Of a DNA stretch of 64,000 bases, positions 60,580 through 64,000 are shown one piece after another (positions within the stretch are counted from its first letter, which is position 1; the number at the start of each line of letters is the position of its first letter). This stretch comes from an uncultured virus (IMG/VR IMGVR_UViG_3300025120_014373) (taxonomy: Duplodnaviria > Heunggongvirae > Uroviricota > Caudoviricetes). The position numbers were made by a program, and so were the translations under genes. The notes under the pieces were generated by a model. It searched no databases and was not told the origin of the DNA. It saw only the letters and a program-made list of their open reading frames with translations. Location: IMG/VR virus record IMGVR_UViG_3300025120_014373. One strand, given 5' to 3'.

Positions 60580-61461
60580 ATGACTCGAGTAAATACTCTA
60601 ACCGAAATATGGGATACATATAATAATAATATATTATCTGAAAATGCACCAGGTGTTAAAGCAGCTAAAATGGGCACTAAACCAGGTAAACCACCTGTTA
60701 AGCCGAACGACGTGAAAAAAGGTTTTGCAAATGATAAATCGTCTGGGCCAGAAAATGCTGAAAAAGGAGAAACATATGCCAATGTTATTGACCCTAAACA
60801 TAATGGAGTTCAAGATGAATTATATAACAGTGAAATTTATTCTTCTGAAAAATATAACAAAAATGATAAGAAAATAGAGAAAAAAGTAAAAGAGAGTATA
60901 AATAATTATATGAAATCTACTTTTGATAAACTTTTTGAAAATGTTATGGGTGAAGAAATGCATCCCTCTGATAACGAAACACAAGAATTAGACGCTCTCG
61001 GTATTGATACTGAAGTCGATGATGAAACCAGTGAGGGTGATGTAACAGTTACACTTGACCGTGAAATGGCTAAGGCACTTTGCGACGTATTACAAGCAGC
61101 AATGGGTGATGAAGATGACGGCGAAGATGACGGCGAAGAAGAATATTCTTCAGAAATGGAAGAAGATGGTTTCAATAGTTTTGAAGAAGCTGAAGAAGAC
61201 GATGATGATGATGATGAAGACACTCATAAGGAAGCAGTAGAAATGCAAGCAGTGCCTGATACAGCTGGTACAAATTTAACCCATCCAGGTCATAACAAGG
61301 TTGGTAAGCTCAAAGCAAAAGGAAAGAAAGCATCTGATTCAACTAAAAAGTATGTTGATGCAGAACCGAAACCATTAGCTGATGGAAAAGCAGCTCTTCA
61401 AAGTAAACAAAACAAAGTACATAGCACAGTGACAAGCTCAACTGGTGACTATATTCAATAA
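60580..61461 (+). CDS. Acidic hypothetical late protein, candidate prohead core/internal protein
   Basis: TATAAATA-5nt-ATG 60580; long D/E tract; terminator downstream. Confidence 0.7.
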   Translation: MTRVNTLTEIWDTYNNNILSENAPGVKAAKMGTKPGKPPVKPNDVKKGFANDKSSGPENAEKGETYANVIDPKHNGVQDELYNSEIYSSEKYNKNDKKIEKKVKESINNYMKSTFDKLFENVMGEEMHPSDNETQELDALGIDTEVDDETSEGDVTVTLDREMAKALCDVLQAAMGDEDDGEDDGEEEYSSEMEEDGFNSFEEAEEDDDDDDEDTHKEAVEMQAVPDTAGTNLTHPGHNKVGKLKAKGKKASDSTKKYVDAEPKPLADGKAALQSKQNKVHSTVTSSTGDYIQ

Positions 61462-61478
61462 AAAATAGATTTAAAATT

Positions 61479-61514
61479 AAAAGCGCAATCATTAATTTGG
61501 TTGCGCTTTTTTTT
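61479..61514 (+). terminator. Intrinsic terminator
   Basis: AAAAGCGCAATCA-TTAATT-TGGTTGCGCTTTT plus T run. Confidence 0.85.
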
Positions 61515-61528
61515 GCTTAAATATAATT

Positions 61529-61873
61529 ATGATAAAATTTCATAAGTTTTTTGAAAATAAATACCAAGGTCCTAAACCTGGGATTAATCATAGACATAGA
61601 AGAGCAATCCCCGGTAGTAGTGGAAATTCCCGGTACTTACGTAAGCATGAAAATATTGTACCTGATTATGTGAAAACTGACCTAACTAAGAACCCAACAA
61701 TAGAACAACTACGAGGTGTTACCGGTAAAAAAGTTTGTGGTTCTGCAGATTTAGAATATATACGTAAAGAATATAAAGTTATACCGTTTAAAGGGGAAGT
61801 TAAAAAATTAGGTAGTACCGGTATAAAGTTATATTTTGATGAAAAATTAAAGAAATTTGTTTTAGAAAAATGA
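61529..61873 (+). CDS. Basic hypothetical late protein
   Basis: TAAATA-5nt-ATG; starts MIKFHKFFE. Confidence 0.65.
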   Translation: MIKFHKFFENKYQGPKPGINHRHRRAIPGSSGNSRYLRKHENIVPDYVKTDLTKNPTIEQLRGVTGKKVCGSADLEYIRKEYKVIPFKGEVKKLGSTGIKLYFDEKLKKFVLEK

Positions 61874-62814
61874 GTCAAATAGATTACAGTTGTGATTACC
61901 CTGGTATAGTGCAGACCGATGAAACTTGTTATAGATTTACCGATAAATCAATTCAAGCAAGTGAACGTATACTATTCTCTAATTGGTGGAGAGAACAAAT
62001 AAATCAATTTGGTGTTAAAGTAAATTATTACGTTAATACATATAATACACTAAGTGCAGATAACTTTTACGGTGAACAACCTACACAGACTTTTGCAGAT
62101 CCAAGAAAAATTACTTTAGCAGTTACGTTAAATGAAAATGCAATTACTTTATCTAAATTTGGTTTTGAGAGTGACGATGAAGTAACTGCATATATTCATA
62201 TATCTTCTTTTTATGATGAATTTTATACATTATCTTCAGTTTTTGAACCTTTTGGTTCTGAAAATATTGTAAATGGTAAAATACCTGAAGGTATTTATGA
62301 TCGATATTTTCATTTCGGTCCAATCGTAGAGCCAAAAGCTGGTGATGTTTTTGAACTAACTGAATATGGTAACGATAGACCCAATAATAGACAGTCTAAA
62401 TTTTTCGAAATTACTGAAAAATTAGATCAAGATATATCCCAAATTAATAATTTACAGGGCCATTATGTATTTTTATTAAAGGCAAAACGATTAGATTATA
62501 GCTTTGAACCAAATATAGATTTCAATGATGTTAAAAATGATGTTAGATTTGCCGATATGTCTACCGATACAAGTCGGTTATCAGATCTTGCGACTGAAGA
62601 TTTATATACTTTACAAGCTGGTTTATCATCAGGTGGGGAAAGAACCAATGATCAGGTTTATGAAGACAAATTTGCTGGTAGATTACCCGGTACAAACCCT
62701 CCATCATTACCAAAAAGAGAAGATTATGAATTATATTCAGCTGATAATACCAGTAAAGAAGACGTTTTTGATATGTCAAGTAATGATACTGATGTATATG
62801 GGGATTATTATTAA
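61870..62814 (+). CDS. gp14: Neck protein gp14
   Basis: EQINQFG..V.YY, FYGE, LSKFG.ESDDE, P.AGD. Confidence 0.82.
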   Translation: MSQIDYSCDYPGIVQTDETCYRFTDKSIQASERILFSNWWREQINQFGVKVNYYVNTYNTLSADNFYGEQPTQTFADPRKITLAVTLNENAITLSKFGFESDDEVTAYIHISSFYDEFYTLSSVFEPFGSENIVNGKIPEGIYDRYFHFGPIVEPKAGDVFELTEYGNDRPNNRQSKFFEITEKLDQDISQINNLQGHYVFLLKAKRLDYSFEPNIDFNDVKNDVRFADMSTDTSRLSDLATEDLYTLQAGLSSGGERTNDQVYEDKFAGRLPGTNPPSLPKREDYELYSADNTSKEDVFDMSSNDTDVYGDYY

Positions 62815-63020
62815 ATAGCAATTTGCTGTAACCAGTCTTCTGCTTGTTTAAAGGATTTAAATTTAATTTCTTTTTTATCCCCGTCAATTGAAAATGTATA
62901 AGTTACTGTATCTTCATTTAATCTTTTAATATCGTGAAGTATATACAATTTATTTTTTTTAAATAATCTTGTATTAGTCCCAGTTCTATTAATAAACGTC
63001 ATCCCAGGGATAAATTTCAT
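62811..63020 (-). CDS. Hypothetical protein
   Basis: MKFIPG.. ORF overlapping upstream gene in an operon. Confidence 0.55.
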   Translation of the reverse strand: MKFIPGMTFINRTGTNTRLFKKNKLYILHDIKRLNEDTVTYTFSIDGDKKEIKFKSFKQAEDWLQQIAI

Positions 63021-63252
63021 CTGTATCAATTCCTTTCAAATATAGTTGAATATCATGTTTCATATCTAAGTATCTTTCGTCTACGTATTTTTGAAATGCT
63101 GTAGGTTTTATCCAAGCTGAACTATATTCAGAGTCATGACCTATTCTTTCAGCTCTACTACAAGCTACATTAACACCTTCATATAAACACGCAAATCTTG
63201 CAACAAAATCTATACCGTATTCTTGAATTATATCATCAGTCTTTTTTATCAT
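62989..63252 (-). CDS. Hypothetical protein (87 aa)
   Basis: Overlapping operon-like arrangement. Confidence 0.6.
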   Translation of the reverse strand: MIKKTDDIIQEYGIDFVARFACLYEGVNVACSRAERIGHDSEYSSAWIKPTAFQKYVDERYLDMKHDIQLYLKGIDTDEIYPWDDVY

Positions 63253-63652
63253 ACATAGATTGTATCACAGTTCCTACTAAAAATGTAACTAATCTATCTT
63301 CATCAATACCGTAAAGATTAATAATTTCTTTTATATTATAGATATTAGCTGAAAGAATTTTTTTATTTAAATTAAAAAATGAATTATCTAAATCTTTATT
63401 ATTTTTAGTTTCAAGTTTACTAATTTCCTCTTCAATTAATTTAAAAAAAGTTTCTAAGAATTTAAGTTTTTTATTTTTTTGATAAACTCTACCGGTAACC
63501 AATTGGGTTTTCTTATCATTATCTTCACCGGTGAAGAAATCTACTATTTGTTCTATATTTATCTCTGTTACACCATTAACTGGTTGTAATGATGTACTGG
63601 GTATATCAGTAGCAATTTTATCAGCAATTCTATCTATCTCATTTTCATCCAT
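63236..63652 (-). CDS. Hypothetical protein (138 aa)
   Basis: TAATG coupling to upstream gene. Confidence 0.6.
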   Translation of the reverse strand: MDENEIDRIADKIATDIPSTSLQPVNGVTEINIEQIVDFFTGEDNDKKTQLVTGRVYQKNKKLKFLETFFKLIEEEISKLETKNNKDLDNSFFNLNKKILSANIYNIKEIINLYGIDEDRLVTFLVGTVIQSMYDKKD

Positions 63653-64000
63653 TAACTTTTTGTAACTAACGGGGTGGTAACTAATGCAGTACCAATACTG
63701 GTAGTAGCCCTTATTTCATTTTTACAATCATTGCAACGATATATAGTATCTTCAGTTAATGATAATATGACATCTTGAGAAGATCCGCACGGGCAGTTTA
63801 CTTTAATTGTATTATCATATTTTGCTTTTTCTGCTAGTGAATTAATTTCAAGAGCTTTTTTTATAAGAAAATTTTCATATACTGAATTAAAGAAATAAAA
63901 GAATAAAATTTGCAATATAGTAACTAACCCAAAAACTAACCAATCTCTAAAGAGTATACCAAATATACCACTAACTAAAAAGGTTAATGTTAACGACGTT
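63652..64000 (-). CDS. Membrane protein with C-terminal zinc ribbon, 5'-truncated by the window
   Basis: Frame open to window end with hydrophobic LTFLVSGIFGILFRDWLVFGLVTILQILFFYFF; CPC..CNDC. Confidence 0.65.
   Translation of the reverse strand, partial: TSLTLTFLVSGIFGILFRDWLVFGLVTILQILFFYFFNSVYENFLIKKALEINSLAEKAKYDNTIKVNCPCGSSQDVILSLTEDTIYRCNDCKNEIRATTSIGTALVTTPLVTKS

Noticed and set aside
61100..61220. GAT/GAA low-complexity tract
   Set aside because: Simply encodes the acidic D/E region of the 60580 protein
63259..63274. GGAACTGTGATACAAT on the minus strand, similar to the early promoter
   Set aside because: One mismatch in the -10 box and inside a CDS, so not called; it does lie 6 nt before ATG 63252 and may be a real fifth copy worth a motif scan
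1..64000. Alternative genetic code
   Set aside because: Core genes are full length under the standard code, and TAA, TAG and TGA all end plausible genes

Overview
This is a 64 kb, AT-rich segment of a large T4-like myovirus genome carrying nearly the whole virion morphogenesis set. Head: portal gp20, protease gp21, scaffold gp22, capsid gp23, gp4, terminase gp17 and a probable gp16. Neck and tail: gp13, gp14, gp15, gp3, sheath gp18 and tube gp19. Baseplate: gp5, gp25, gp6, gp53 and gp27/gp48/gp54/gp26-like proteins, plus a tape-measure-like protein and large unassigned baseplate/fibre proteins. Also present are clamp loader gp44, dUTPase, a phosphoribosyltransferase, a thermonuclease and a 7-deazaguanine cluster (TGT/DpdA-like, P-loop kinase, QueF). 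The first ~1.1 kb is GC-richer and mostly non-coding, with hairpins and a repeated GGAAC motif. Four signals stand out. (1) A [LIV]-S-[AG] tripeptide, with Cys variants, is dense in predicted exterior virion proteins and insertions but nearly absent from internal and enzymatic proteins, a candidate virion surface-modification sequon. (2) Three promoter classes sit almost directly on start codons, implying near-universal leaderless expression. (3) A virion-module trypsin-like protease has its catalytic triad split by a ~530 aa insertion. (4) The deazaguanine genes share a promoter class with the PRTase and dUTPase. All assignments come from motif recognition by eye; no searches were run.
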